Positions 11,717 to 22,036 of a stretch of DNA of 64,000 bases are shown piece by piece; the stretch's first letter is position 1, and every line of letters begins with the position of its first letter. Under the pieces are notes generated by a model. It saw only the letters and a list, made by a program, of their open reading frames with translations, had not been told where the DNA came from and did not search any database. The DNA comes from an uncultured delta proteobacterium. GTDB taxonomy: Bacteria; Myxococcota_A; Polyangia; Fen-1088. The stretch is from assembly GCA_963796685.1 (NCBI GenBank), contig CAWCMR010000025.1, positions 160,001-224,000 of the forward strand, in the 5' to 3' direction. A program made the position numbers and the translations under genes.

Positions 11717-11744
11717 GATGGAATTCGAGCCCTGCCTCCACTGC
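11717..11744 (+). promoter_or_regulatory. Bipartite motif copy 3
   Basis: GATGGAATT-cgagccctgcct-CCACTGC, 5 nt before ATG 11750. Confidence 0.6.
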
Positions 11745-11749
11745 GAGAC

Positions 11750-13483
11750 ATGATGGTTTTACTACGGAAGTCGTGCGCGCATACGAAACCCTCGAGCTTC
11801 GTCGCCCTTGCCCTTCTCTGGGGAATCGTGGGCTGCGGAACGAGTGGTGACGGTGTCCCGTCAGGCGGAACCGGTGGCGGAACAGGTCCGCAGCGCGACA
11901 GCGCGGTCGGCTCAGGAGGCTCCCACGGTACAGGGGGCAGCTCGGGCGCCGGCGGTGCCACGGGTGGACAGAGCGGTAACGCGGGTGCGGGAGGTCGAAC
12001 CGGTGGTGCCGGTGGGCAATCCTCGGGCAGCGGCGGCGGCGCAGGGGCCGGAGGTGCTTCCGGCACAGGTGGCACAGCGGGCAAAGGGGGAGCGGCAGGC
12101 ACCGGCGGTGCCACAGGAGGTACTGGCGGCCTGCCAGGCACAGGTGGCACCGCCGGTTCGGGAGGCTTGGGCGGTGCGACAACGGACGGAGGCGTGACTG
12201 GCACGGGCGGAAGGACAGGAGCCGGCGGCACCCCTGCAACCGGCGGCACCAGCGGCGCGACAGCAACGGGCGGCAAGGCTGCAACGGGTGGCGCAGGCGG
12301 CCTGGGTGGCTCGACCGCAACCGGCGGCGCCGGGGCCGGCGGCACAGCCGGCACGGGGGGGTCTACAGCGCTCGCGGCGACCCCACCCATGGGCTGGAAC
12401 TCGTGGAACACCTTCGGATGCAGCCCCAGCGACACCCTGATCCGCGGCATTGCCGACGCGATGGTCACGAGCGGGATGGCGGCGGTCGGGTACGTGTACG
12501 TCAACATCGATGACTGTTGGATGAATGGCCGCGATGCCAGCGGGAATCTTCGGCCAGACCCCACGAAATTCCCCAATGGCATTTCCGCCGTGGCCGACTA
12601 CGTACACGGCAAGGGTCTCAAGCTCGGAATCTACGAGGTGCCAGCGGCTGTGACTTGCGCCGGCCGCGGCTCGTTCGGCTCAGCCGCTGGCGTGGGAAGC
12701 CTGGGACACGAAACCGCGGACGCCAAGTCTTTCGCCTCCTGGGGTGTCGACTACCTCAAGTATGATTACTGCTGGGGGGACATGAAGGGCTTCAAAGTCA
12801 TGAAGGACGCCCTTGTCGCCACTGGCCGCCCGATCTTCTACAGCATCAACCCGGCCTCTGGCACCGGGGCGTCCTGCGTGCCGCCGACCTGCACGATCGA
12901 TCTGGTGAACATCGCCAACATGTGGCGCATCGGATTCGACATCAATGCCAGTTGGTCGTCGGTCCTGAGCTGCATCGACTTGGACAAACCCCTGTCCAAG
13001 TACGCGGGGCCTGGACACTGGAACGATCCGGACATGCTCGAGGTCGGCAAAGGCATGTCGGCTGACGAGGATCGCTCGCACTTCGGCATGTGGGCGATGC
13101 TGGACGCCCCTCTGTTGACGGGCAACGACCTCCGCTCGATGAACGCAAGCACCAAGGCCGTCCTGACCAACACGGACGTGATCGCCGTGAACCAAGATCC
13201 TCTCGGGGCGCAGGCCACGGTCGTGGCCACACCGGGATCCAATCAGGAAATCTGGTCCAAGTCGCTCACGGGAACCAACACGCGTGCCGTCGCGCTGTTG
13301 AACCGCTCCGAGGCGGCGGTCTCCATGACGGTTCAATGGAGCACGATCGGCATTCCGACCGGGGTCGCCACGGTGCGCGATCTGTGGAACCAGAAGGATC
13401 TCGGCTCGTTCACCGACTCTTACACGGCAACCAGCGTCCCGAAGCACGGCGTCGTGATGCTGAAGGTAACGAGCGGCCCCTAG
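11750..13483 (+). CDS. GH27 alpha-galactosidase / beta-L-arabinopyranosidase-like lipoprotein
   Basis: Lipobox IVGC, Gly linker, TPPMGWNSWN, NIDDCW, YLKYDYC, MWRIGFD, WNDPDMLEVG. Confidence 0.88.
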   Translation: MMVLLRKSCAHTKPSSFVALALLWGIVGCGTSGDGVPSGGTGGGTGPQRDSAVGSGGSHGTGGSSGAGGATGGQSGNAGAGGRTGGAGGQSSGSGGGAGAGGASGTGGTAGKGGAAGTGGATGGTGGLPGTGGTAGSGGLGGATTDGGVTGTGGRTGAGGTPATGGTSGATATGGKAATGGAGGLGGSTATGGAGAGGTAGTGGSTALAATPPMGWNSWNTFGCSPSDTLIRGIADAMVTSGMAAVGYVYVNIDDCWMNGRDASGNLRPDPTKFPNGISAVADYVHGKGLKLGIYEVPAAVTCAGRGSFGSAAGVGSLGHETADAKSFASWGVDYLKYDYCWGDMKGFKVMKDALVATGRPIFYSINPASGTGASCVPPTCTIDLVNIANMWRIGFDINASWSSVLSCIDLDKPLSKYAGPGHWNDPDMLEVGKGMSADEDRSHFGMWAMLDAPLLTGNDLRSMNASTKAVLTNTDVIAVNQDPLGAQATVVATPGSNQEIWSKSLTGTNTRAVALLNRSEAAVSMTVQWSTIGIPTGVATVRDLWNQKDLGSFTDSYTATSVPKHGVVMLKVTSGP

Positions 13484-13499
13484 CTGCAGCGAAGCACGA

Positions 13500-13548
13500 A
13501 CCGGTGCTGCTCCAGCCCTCGACCGTCGAGGGCTGGAGCAGCACCGGT
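13500..13548. repeat. Perfect 24-bp inverted repeat with 1-nt centre
   Basis: ACCGGTGCTGCTCCAGCCCTCGAC-C-GTCGAGGGCTGGAGCAGCACCGGT. Confidence 0.9.
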
Positions 13549-13652
13549 GTGCCTCACCCGAACAGGTCATTCCTCCAAATTTTCTTGAACCGCTCCTTCG
13601 GTCCGCTGCTACTGGGACACGAAGCACTTCAACTTGCCGGAGGAGAGCGTCT

Positions 13653-14780
13653 ATGAAACTCGCAATTCCGAATCTGCTCAAGAGCGGTTTATTGCTCGGT
13701 CTGATGAGCGTTGGCGTCTACGCATGTGGACAATCGAACGGCGGTGGCAACGGCACTGGCGGCAGCTCGGAGGGGGGCTCGGGTGGCACGGGTAGCGGAG
13801 GTCATACTGCCGGCTCGGGAGGCTCCACCAGCGCGGGCGGAACCACGACCTCCGGCGGGACAACGGGCTCGGGTGGCACGCATGAAACGGGCGGCACCGT
13901 TGGCTCAGGTGGCAGCAACTCCGGCGGCACATCGTCGTCGGGCGGCGCAGCGACAGGAGGCTCGTCCTCGGGTGGCGCAGGCGGTTCGTCCAGCAGCACG
14001 GCCATGGGCGGCACTGGAGGCATGCTCTCGGAAGGGACCGGAGGCAAGGTCACGGGTAGCGGCGGCAAGGTCACGGGTAGCGGCGGCATGGCCCCGGGCA
14101 GCGGCGGCAAAGGCGGTACCAGCGGCCCGACCGACGGAGGCCCAGCAGCCGGTGGCACCGGCGGCGGCACATCCTCTGGTTCGTGCCAGAAAGGCCAAGT
14201 GAAGCCCGCCGAGGTCGTCATCATGGGCGAATCCTTCTATGCGATGCCCCCCGAATACAATGAGAAGCGGATAGAGTCGGATGCCCAAGCGGCGGGAGCG
14301 CTGGCTTCTGGCGCCACCTACCGAAACGTAGCCGAAAGCGGACAACCGATGAGCTATATCGTGGGGACGGAGTGGACCAATGCCACCAAGGGCGGCGCAA
14401 CAGTCAAGGTCGTCATCATGGATGGCGGTGGTATCGATTGTCTCACGTCGGGATCGTGTCCCACGTGTGCCTCCCAATTCACAACCCTGCTCGGCAAGAT
14501 GGCTACCGAAGGCGTGCAGGACGTCATCTACACGCGCTATCCGGAACCGGGAGCCCCTCCCGGCTCGAACGCCTCATTGAAAGCGTGCCTCGACTCCGTT
14601 ATGCCGACAATGCAACCTGTGTGTGAAAACGCCACCGGACTGAAATGCCATTGGGTGGACTTGAGACCCGTTTTCGTGGCTGGCGACACCACGGACGGCC
14701 TCCATCCGACCCAAACAGGCGGAGACCACGTCGGAGACGCGATTTGGTCCGAGATGGTCAAGGATTGCATCGCCCAGTGA
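13653..14780 (+). CDS. Divergent SGNH hydrolase lipoprotein
   Basis: RBS GGAGGAG, lipobox VYAC, Gly linker, MGESF, DGGGID, DGLHP. Confidence 0.7.
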   Translation: MKLAIPNLLKSGLLLGLMSVGVYACGQSNGGGNGTGGSSEGGSGGTGSGGHTAGSGGSTSAGGTTTSGGTTGSGGTHETGGTVGSGGSNSGGTSSSGGAATGGSSSGGAGGSSSSTAMGGTGGMLSEGTGGKVTGSGGKVTGSGGMAPGSGGKGGTSGPTDGGPAAGGTGGGTSSGSCQKGQVKPAEVVIMGESFYAMPPEYNEKRIESDAQAAGALASGATYRNVAESGQPMSYIVGTEWTNATKGGATVKVVIMDGGGIDCLTSGSCPTCASQFTTLLGKMATEGVQDVIYTRYPEPGAPPGSNASLKACLDSVMPTMQPVCENATGLKCHWVDLRPVFVAGDTTDGLHPTQTGGDHVGDAIWSEMVKDCIAQ

Positions 14781-15163
14781 CCTAGTTCGGCCCGTCAAAG
14801 CCTCGGGCACGTTCTGGGCCGAAGGTCGTTGTGGGAACCTCTGTTTCCCACAACGGGCTTCGGCTGGCGAAGACAGCCTGCGCCTGACGGGATCCATTCC
14901 GTCCGGCCTGTTTCGCCTCGGTGACAGAGCGTGCCCCTTGCCCGGCACTACCGCCAGCCGCTCCGGCCCAAGAGACAGGTTCGTCGGGTTGGCCCTTCGT
15001 CTCGAGTGACGGCATCCGGCGCCGTGGAGGCTTAGGGGTGTGACCGCGCCGGCGGTGCCAAAAACCTTTAGGTTCATGCGGGACCGTCCGTGCTTTGAGA
15101 ACCACTTTGCGGGATATTCGGACTGGAAATCGAGATACTCTGACCCTAGCGAGGATCACACTG

Positions 15164-15736
15164 ATGAGAACGGCGAATTTGGCAAAAACGTTCGTGCTGG
15201 TGGGAAGCCTGAGTATCGGTGTTTGGAGCTGCAACAACTCAAGCGGAAGCGATGCCGGAAGCGGGGGAACAGCGGGCTACGGGGGGACGGGGGGAGTTGG
15301 CATGGGCACAGGAGGAAACGGCACCGGAATGGGAGGAGCCAGCACCGGAACAGGAGGAGCTACGACGGTGCAGCCCGACCCTCTCGAGATTGACGGAAAA
15401 TGGCTGTATTTGGGTCCCTCGGACGGGCCACACACGCTCACGATCAGCAATGGATCGATGGCGTATGCTGATTTCGATGGGCAGTGGTCATCAAACTGGA
15501 CCATCAAGGAATACGACAACGGACTTCACCATTTTCAAGTTGTCTTTGAGTCTGGCACCGGGACGTATCTTCCGGTCGGACAGAACATGAGCGGAACCTA
15601 CGCCGTGAGTGGCGCGGAACTGACGGTGCAGCTGGCGGACGGTCTAGCATCGTATCCGCCAATGCAGAGCCCAGGTAGCTGCATGGACGTGACCACGCCC
15701 ATACCTGACTGCAGGCTATATGTGAGCCAGAATTAG
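15164..15736 (+). CDS. Hypothetical lipoprotein (small beta domain)
   Basis: RBS GAGGA, lipobox VWSC, short Gly linker, then EIDGKW and beta-rich domain. Confidence 0.65.
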   Translation: MRTANLAKTFVLVGSLSIGVWSCNNSSGSDAGSGGTAGYGGTGGVGMGTGGNGTGMGGASTGTGGATTVQPDPLEIDGKWLYLGPSDGPHTLTISNGSMAYADFDGQWSSNWTIKEYDNGLHHFQVVFESGTGTYLPVGQNMSGTYAVSGAELTVQLADGLASYPPMQSPGSCMDVTTPIPDCRLYVSQN

Positions 15737-17829
15737 AGAAGCCCGAGGGCGGCGCAATCGCCTCACGCTTGTCCTGATGCTCTCCGTGAAATTCTCAGTC
15801 TGGTGGCCCATCGGCACTACCGGCAGTTCTCGCAATTGATGCTGGACGTTCTCACCGATTGCGACACCAACAAGTCGTATCGGTTGATCTTCCCTACATC
15901 GAGATACTCTTCGCACTTGCCACAGACAAGGTACCAGGAGACTACCCATAGCTCTACGGGCCGACAAAAGGCAGTCTCCGGTGATTTGTCAGTAGTAGCC
16001 GGAGGCGTTCAAGTAGACATCGTCAATCCACGTGTCGGCGAGCGAACCCTGCTGCTGGCAGTTGACCATTATGCTGCCGGTGCCACTTGGCGCCGCAAAG
16101 GAGGGAGTGATGCTAGGGCTCGCCCAAGTGGTGGAGGCGGGACCACTCTTGTATTGCATCAAATCGAGGGCGTCTCCCCCGCAACCGCTCCCCGCGTAGG
16201 CGAATACAGTGCACATAACGGCATCGGCGTCGGAGGAAGACAACTCCTTGAAACGATATCCGAAGTGATACCCGCCGGCCCCTGCGCTGACACACTGAGT
16301 GAGCTGGCCGAAAAAGAACCCGTAGTAACTGAGGCGAAGTGAGCCCGAGGTTGGGCAAGAGTCGGCGTCGTTTCCACTGACCCAGTTCTCGAGCGGCGAG
16401 GGACAGACAGAACTGGGACAGCCGTCACCGGACGTCCAACCCGACAAGGACGTTGCGAAACCCGGGTTGGCGAGGAGATTGCCCGAGCTCGGTTGACCGC
16501 ACTGGCAGGTGTGGCTCGAGGTGCAAGTCGCACTAGGCCCGTACGAGGCGGTGCAATCGCTAGGAGATGTGCACGGGACACACGCGTTGTTGTAGCACCT
16601 TGGATTGGGGCTCGAACAATTGCCGTCGCCCGCGCATTGGACGCAGGTAGTGCCTGAACAGACCGGCTTGGAGGGCGACGTGCAGTCGCTGCTCGCTAGG
16701 CACCCGACGCAGGTGTTGCTGCTGGTATTGCACACGGGCGTAGTGCCTGAACAGTTGCTGTTCCCAGCGCATTGGACGCATGCATTGTTGGAGCACACGG
16801 GTTTGGAACCTGAACATCCGCCGCTCGCGGTGCATTGGACGCATGTGTTCGTGGTGGTGTTGCATTTCGGCGTGGAGCCCGAGCAGGTGGTGTCGTCGGT
16901 GCACTGGACGCATGTGTTGGCGGTGGTATTGCATCTCGACGTGGAGCCCGAACATTGGCTATCCCCGGTGCATTGGACGCACGTGGTGCCGCCAGAGCAG
17001 TGCTTGCTGGTGGTCGTACAGTTGTTGGAGCAGTTTCCACAGTGGGCGTCTGTGTTCAAGGCCACGCAAGTGCTTCCCCCGCAGGTATCCTGGCCAGCGG
17101 GACAGCCGGTCGCGCACGTCGTGGTATCCGCGCAGGCGTACGGGGCACAAGTCCGGCTGGCCGGCGCTGGTGTCCCGCAGTGACCAGCGCCATCGCACAT
17201 CCGAGGGTAGGTCTGAGTGCCGCTCGAACAGTTTCCCGCCACGCACTGCGCCACTGGATAGTTGCAAGCTTGCCGGTGCGCGGCGGTTCCGTCGCAAGTT
17301 CCCCCACACATGGCATAACTGGCGTCGGTCGTGCACGCCGTGCGCGGGGTGGTCGTCGGGGAACAGGTACCCTTGGCCGAGGCGGTGTTGCAGGCTTCGC
17401 ACTGCCCGGTGCAGGTGGCGTCGCAGCAAACGCCGTCAGCGCAGATGCCGCTTGCGCATGCTGCCGCAGCGGCGGCAGTGCAACTGGTGCCGTTGGGGTT
17501 CCCGACGCACGTACCGTTGTTGCACGCTGGCGTATTTCCACTGCAGCCTCCACAGCACTCCGTGGAGGCGATGCAAGTGCCGTTGCAAAGTTTTTGCGAA
17601 CCGTTGCAGCTCACCGACGTCCCGCCGCTTCCAGTCCCGCCGCTTCCGATCCCGCCGCTCCCGGTCCCGCCGCTTCCGATCCCGCCGCTCCCGGTCACCC
17701 CGCCCGAGCCGGGAGTCCCGCCGGTCACGATGATTCCACCCGAACCGATGGTTCCAGCAAGCCCTGTCATACCGCCCGAGCCGTTGATTCCGCCGCCGCC
17801 CCCGCCACTTGCCCCACCTAGGGGCGAAT

Positions 17830-19285
17830 CATAGGTAGGTACTTAAGCGGTGGCGGAATGGCGTAATCCCATCGCAAGGCGCCCCATTCCCTGATCGCGT
17901 TTGGGATGCGCACGAGGTGCGTTTTCCGCGAGGAAAGTGAAGGCAGAACGGATATGCGACAGGAGCTGCGCGGCAGATTCGAGGATGGATAGCAGGATCG
18001 CGTCGAGGAAATGCTTGGCAGAGCAGGCTGCGCGCTGGGTGGACAGTGGAATACCGCATGCGTGTTCTGCGGCGTGGGTGAGCGCTCGTTTGATGGTCGC
18101 GGCAAGCAGGCTTGCCCAGATCAGGCCCTCGGCGATGGGTGACTTGGCCGTGTCGAATTTGTGGAGATTTGCGTAGGACTTCCATTCCTTGAAGAGGAGC
18201 TCAATCTGCCATCTGAGTCTGTAGACTCTGCCTACTTCGTGAGCGGTGAAGGTCGCTCTCGACAGATTCGTGTGCAGATAGGTGTAGCCCTTCTTGTTGC
18301 GTTTTCCTTCGATGTAGATGGCAACGAGACGACCACAGTAGGTCCTGCGGGCGTTGATCTTCCACTCGATTTCTAGGTCGACCGTATGACGAGGCAGTAC
18401 ACGCCACTTGAGTCGCTTGCCCTCGAGACGAGGGATACGCCTGCCATTCTTGTCGCGAGCACTTCGGATGATTGGTCGGCTGTTCTTTTTGCCGCGAACG
18501 ATGAAGAATCCTCCGGCGTCGAGAGTGTCTGCAAAGACAACGCGATCCTCGAATCCACGGTCCTCGAGGACCAGGCGATTTTTGAGAGACGCCGCTTTGG
18601 GGGCGAATGGGCGTTCGCTTTCCTTGTCAGGGGCCAGCGTAATGGCGACGGGATTGTCCCTCAAGACGCTCATGGTTACGTGGAGCTCCACTGCCGCTGG
18701 GGTCACCTTCGTGAAGCGGCCGGGCCACTTTCTGGCCAGAGTGTCTTTGAGCGCAAACGAGGTGCCGTCATGGCACAGGATCTCCGAGAACTGAGCCAGC
18801 TTGCCCTTGGGCAAACTCTCAAGCACAGGTGCCGTCAGCTTCGCGAGCGCCTGTTCGAGAATGGCGTGCATGAAGATGGGGAATCGCCGTTTGCTCAGTT
18901 GGTTGTGGAAAGGCTTGTAGCGAACAGCCTTGCCGGTGAACGCGTTGAAGGCGCGCAGGATGTCCGCGAGCCACGCAGCCGTGCCTGCCCCCAATGCCGA
19001 GATGCAGGCTATAAGAAGCGCGGCCGGGGCGATTTCACGGCGCCGTCGAAGAAAGCCACACCGGCGAGCCACCTTCTCCACCTCGGCATCGCTGAGAACC
19101 TGCTGTAGCTTTTGGCTGAGTGTCTCCGCCTCGATTGTGGCAATGTCTCTCTTGGGCACAGGGAACCTCCTCGCGTTTGTCTTCGCAAACGAATGTGTAG
19201 GAGGATTCCTGTGTCTTCTGCAACTACCTTGAACATCCGTTCAGTAAGTGATCGATTTCATTGAGGAATTAAGATCCTACCTATG
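17830..19285 (-). mobile_element. Complete IS4-family insertion sequence (1456 bp)
   Basis: 17-bp imperfect TIRs CATAGGTAGGtaCTTAA (17830-17846) and CATAGGTAGGatCTTAA (19269-19285, reverse complement). 10-bp TSD AGGGGCGAAT at 17820-17829 and 19286-19295. Confidence 0.92.
17843..19159 (-). CDS. IS4-family DDE transposase
   Basis: HDGT, EDRGF and YRLRWQIELLFKEWKS (YREK signature). Confidence 0.92.
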   Translation of the reverse strand: MPKRDIATIEAETLSQKLQQVLSDAEVEKVARRCGFLRRRREIAPAALLIACISALGAGTAAWLADILRAFNAFTGKAVRYKPFHNQLSKRRFPIFMHAILEQALAKLTAPVLESLPKGKLAQFSEILCHDGTSFALKDTLARKWPGRFTKVTPAAVELHVTMSVLRDNPVAITLAPDKESERPFAPKAASLKNRLVLEDRGFEDRVVFADTLDAGGFFIVRGKKNSRPIIRSARDKNGRRIPRLEGKRLKWRVLPRHTVDLEIEWKINARRTYCGRLVAIYIEGKRNKKGYTYLHTNLSRATFTAHEVGRVYRLRWQIELLFKEWKSYANLHKFDTAKSPIAEGLIWASLLAATIKRALTHAAEHACGIPLSTQRAACSAKHFLDAILLSILESAAQLLSHIRSAFTFLAENAPRAHPKRDQGMGRLAMGLRHSATA

Positions 19286-19700
19286 AGGGGCGAATCGAGC
19301 GCGCCGTCGAGGACGCCTCCGGCCCCCCCCGAGCCGGCGACGCCCCCTCCGCCTGCTGCTCCCACTTCCGACGGCCCGGTTGTGCCGCCACCGCCAGTGC
19401 CTGTCTCTCGGTAAGGCGCGTCCGTCGGTGCGTCGCCTGATGAACCGTCAATCTGCGCACCCGCGCCTCCGGTTGACACCGGATTGCTGCACGTCTTCCC
19501 ATCGGAAGATGCACAGCAATATCTGTTCGAGCCACAGACGTATCCCTCCGGGCAGTTCTTTTCCGTCTGGCATTTGCGAGGTTGGGTGACATCGATCTTC
19601 GGATCTTTGAAGCATCCGAGAACGGACCCAGCCAGGAACAGCGCCAGAGCAAGACTCTCGCGGGCACGCCGTACGGACAGAGGAGAGGACGACGAACGCA

Positions 19701-20513
19701 TTAGAAAGCTCCTGTAAGTAGGGCCCCTGCCGTGCCAGGAGCGATAGTCGGTACCAGCGCGACACTGGTCTGCGCTGGGCTGTGACCGGCGTGCCAGCCG
19801 AGGAAGTAGAGCAGCGAGCCACCGGCCAGGCAGGCGGCGCCCACTCCGTAGCTGATCCACCCCAGTGTCTTGTAGCTCTCGCGCGAAGAATTGGTGTCGC
19901 GGTTGAAGTTGTCGGGCTTCTCGAGATCCGTCGCCATGCTGTTGGCCTTGAGATTCAAGGCCACCCCGGTGCCCAAGGCCACCACGCCCAACGATCCTAC
20001 GACGATGCCCGCGATGCGCAGGCGGGAGCCGGCGTTCTCGTCGGGCTGCTGCGCCGCTGTCGCAACGACGACTGCCGGCGGCTCAGGGGTAACCTCGGCC
20101 GGCGGCGGCGTTGGAACGATCGGGACGGCCGAGACCGGTTCCGGCACCAGGGGCGAACGCGGCTCGGTCTTGGGCAGATAGGACTCGCAGGTCTCGATGT
20201 GCTTCTTGGCGGCGGCCTTGTCGTCGTCCGACAGGTGATCCTCACCTTTCGTCAGGTACTCACGAAAACGCCCGACGGCGTCTTCATAACGACGGTTCTG
20301 CTCGAAGCATCGTCCCTGGTTGAAGATATAGGTGATGTCGTTGGTATCCACGTAGAGCTCGGCGAGAATGCGCACGCCCTTCTCCGGCTCTCCCGAGAGA
20401 CACGCCTTTTTGGCAGCGCGCTCGTTGGCTCGTTTGCTGTTCGCCGCGAGAGCCTGCTGGGAGAGCGAGCAGAGGCTCGCCAATGTCACGAAGGCTATTG
20501 TAAGGTTTCGCAT
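19701..20513 (-). CDS. Secreted TPR-like protein with C-terminal hydrophobic hairpin (module 1 partner)
   Basis: Signal peptide, YIFNQGRCFEQNRRYEDAVGRFREYL, Pro-rich linker, two Gly-rich hydrophobic segments, terminal beta-like segment ending in Phe. Confidence 0.75.
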   Translation of the reverse strand: MRNLTIAFVTLASLCSLSQQALAANSKRANERAAKKACLSGEPEKGVRILAELYVDTNDITYIFNQGRCFEQNRRYEDAVGRFREYLTKGEDHLSDDDKAAAKKHIETCESYLPKTEPRSPLVPEPVSAVPIVPTPPPAEVTPEPPAVVVATAAQQPDENAGSRLRIAGIVVGSLGVVALGTGVALNLKANSMATDLEKPDNFNRDTNSSRESYKTLGWISYGVGAACLAGGSLLYFLGWHAGHSPAQTSVALVPTIAPGTAGALLTGAF

Positions 20514-20745
20514 CTCTCATCTCTTTCCAAGCACGGGTGCCACTCTTCGGCAACTGGCCCATCTTGACACATTGAACCGCGAGCAATATACGCGAAAGAA
20601 TAGAGCACCGCTACCACGAGATGCTGCCTGATGCTGTCTGACCGTGTCCTGGGCAAATCGAACCTCGTTCTTGAATCTCGTGGCCCGTTTTTCGAGCCCG
20701 CTGCTACTGAAGGGGGGTGAGTTTTTGCCCGAATGGAGGTGCCTC

Positions 20746-21996
20746 ATGAAATCTACGCATCGCTTGAATACATTCATCGCCGCGCTTGTGATTCTGAGCG
20801 GCGCCTGCTCGTCGAACACCTCGGGGACCATCGCGCAATCGGGCGGGTCCTCTGGCTCGGGATCAGGTGGCACGTCCGCCGCGGGAGGCGCCTCCAGTAA
20901 CGGTGGGGTAGCCGGCTCGGGCGGCGTAACCGGCTCGGGCGGCGTAACCGGCTCGGGCGGCGCGAGCACCGCCAGCGCTACCGGGGGCCACGCCGGCTCG
21001 GGCGGCGCGAGCGCCACCGGGGGCCACGCCGGCTCGGGCGGAACAAGCCTCACGGGAGGCACGACAGGCTCGAGCGGCCAAACGGGCTCGGGAGGGACAA
21101 GTGTCACCGGTGGCACGACCGGGCGGGACGCTGGACGAGACGTCCCGACGGGCAGTGGTGGAGCAGGTACGGGCGGTGTGCCCGGCGTGGGGGGCTCGGG
21201 CGGCATGGCCATCGACGGTGGTACAACCCCGGCAGGTGGCCCTGGCGGCGCATCCGCGGGTTGCGGCTCGGCGAATACCACCTCACCTTGTGGCGTCAAG
21301 GGAACCACGTGCAGCCTCGATGTCAGCGGCACGAGCCGGACGTACTACGTGCAACTGCCTTCGGGCTATAGCTCGTCCAAGCAGTATCCGCTCATCTTCC
21401 AGTTCCACCCTTGGGGTGGCTCGGCCGACCAGGCCCTGACCCTGTACCAGCTCAACTCGAAGATACCGGACGCGATCTACGTGACACCGCAGGGGCTGGA
21501 CGCCGGCTCCAACGGCCCGGGATGGGCAAACACCAACGGCCAAGACATCGCCTTCACCAAGGCCATGCTCGCCGATGTCCAGGGGAAATACTGCGTGGAC
21601 AACGCCCGCATCTTCTCCGTGGGTTTCAGCTATGGCGGTATGATGTCGTTCGCGATCGGCTGCGAGATGAGCGATGTGTTCCGCGCCATTGCGCCGATGT
21701 CGGGATCGCTCTACAGCGACTTCAACTGCAAGGGCACGGGGCCCCACATTGCCATGTGGGGATCGCATGGCACGAGCGATACCGTGGTCCCCATTGCCGA
21801 CGGCCGCGCGGCGCGCGACAAGATTCTGCAGCAGAACCACTGCGGTACCACGACGACGCCCGTGGATCCGAGCCCCTGCGTGAAGTACCAGGGCTGCGAC
21901 CCAGGCTACGACGTGACCTGGTGCGAATGGGACGGCCCTCACGGCATCCCCAGCTTCGGCAGCAGCGCGATCGCGGCGTTCCTCAAGCAGTTCTAG
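20746..21996 (+). CDS. Lipoprotein, CE1-like feruloyl-esterase family
   Basis: RBS GGAGGT, lipobox SGAC, RTYYVQLP, CVDNARIF, GFSYGG, HGTSD, DGPH. Confidence 0.8.
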   Translation: MKSTHRLNTFIAALVILSGACSSNTSGTIAQSGGSSGSGSGGTSAAGGASSNGGVAGSGGVTGSGGVTGSGGASTASATGGHAGSGGASATGGHAGSGGTSLTGGTTGSSGQTGSGGTSVTGGTTGRDAGRDVPTGSGGAGTGGVPGVGGSGGMAIDGGTTPAGGPGGASAGCGSANTTSPCGVKGTTCSLDVSGTSRTYYVQLPSGYSSSKQYPLIFQFHPWGGSADQALTLYQLNSKIPDAIYVTPQGLDAGSNGPGWANTNGQDIAFTKAMLADVQGKYCVDNARIFSVGFSYGGMMSFAIGCEMSDVFRAIAPMSGSLYSDFNCKGTGPHIAMWGSHGTSDTVVPIADGRAARDKILQQNHCGTTTTPVDPSPCVKYQGCDPGYDVTWCEWDGPHGIPSFGSSAIAAFLKQF

Positions 21997-22036
21997 CTAT
22001 TACTGAATGAGCCAGCGTCCAAGGAGGCGTCTATCG

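Larger units (their letters stand above)
15989..19701 (-). pseudogene. Cys-rich repeat lipoprotein with C-terminal CBM-like domain, interrupted by IS4
   Basis: ATG 19701 overlaps the upstream TAA. Lipobox VLGC. Removing the IS and one TSD restores LDSPL-GGASGGGGGGINGSGG-MTGLAG in frame. CVQC repeats; C-terminus NLLANPGF...W...WIDDV. Confidence 0.85.

Noticed and set aside
10826-11749. 885-aa ORF as the full GH27 protein
   Set aside because: The N-terminal part overlaps GH2 out of frame and crosses its terminator. The signal peptide starts near 11750.
12598-12610. CTACGTACACGG as a third ara operator
   Set aside because: Partial match inside the GH27 coding sequence; not palindromic.
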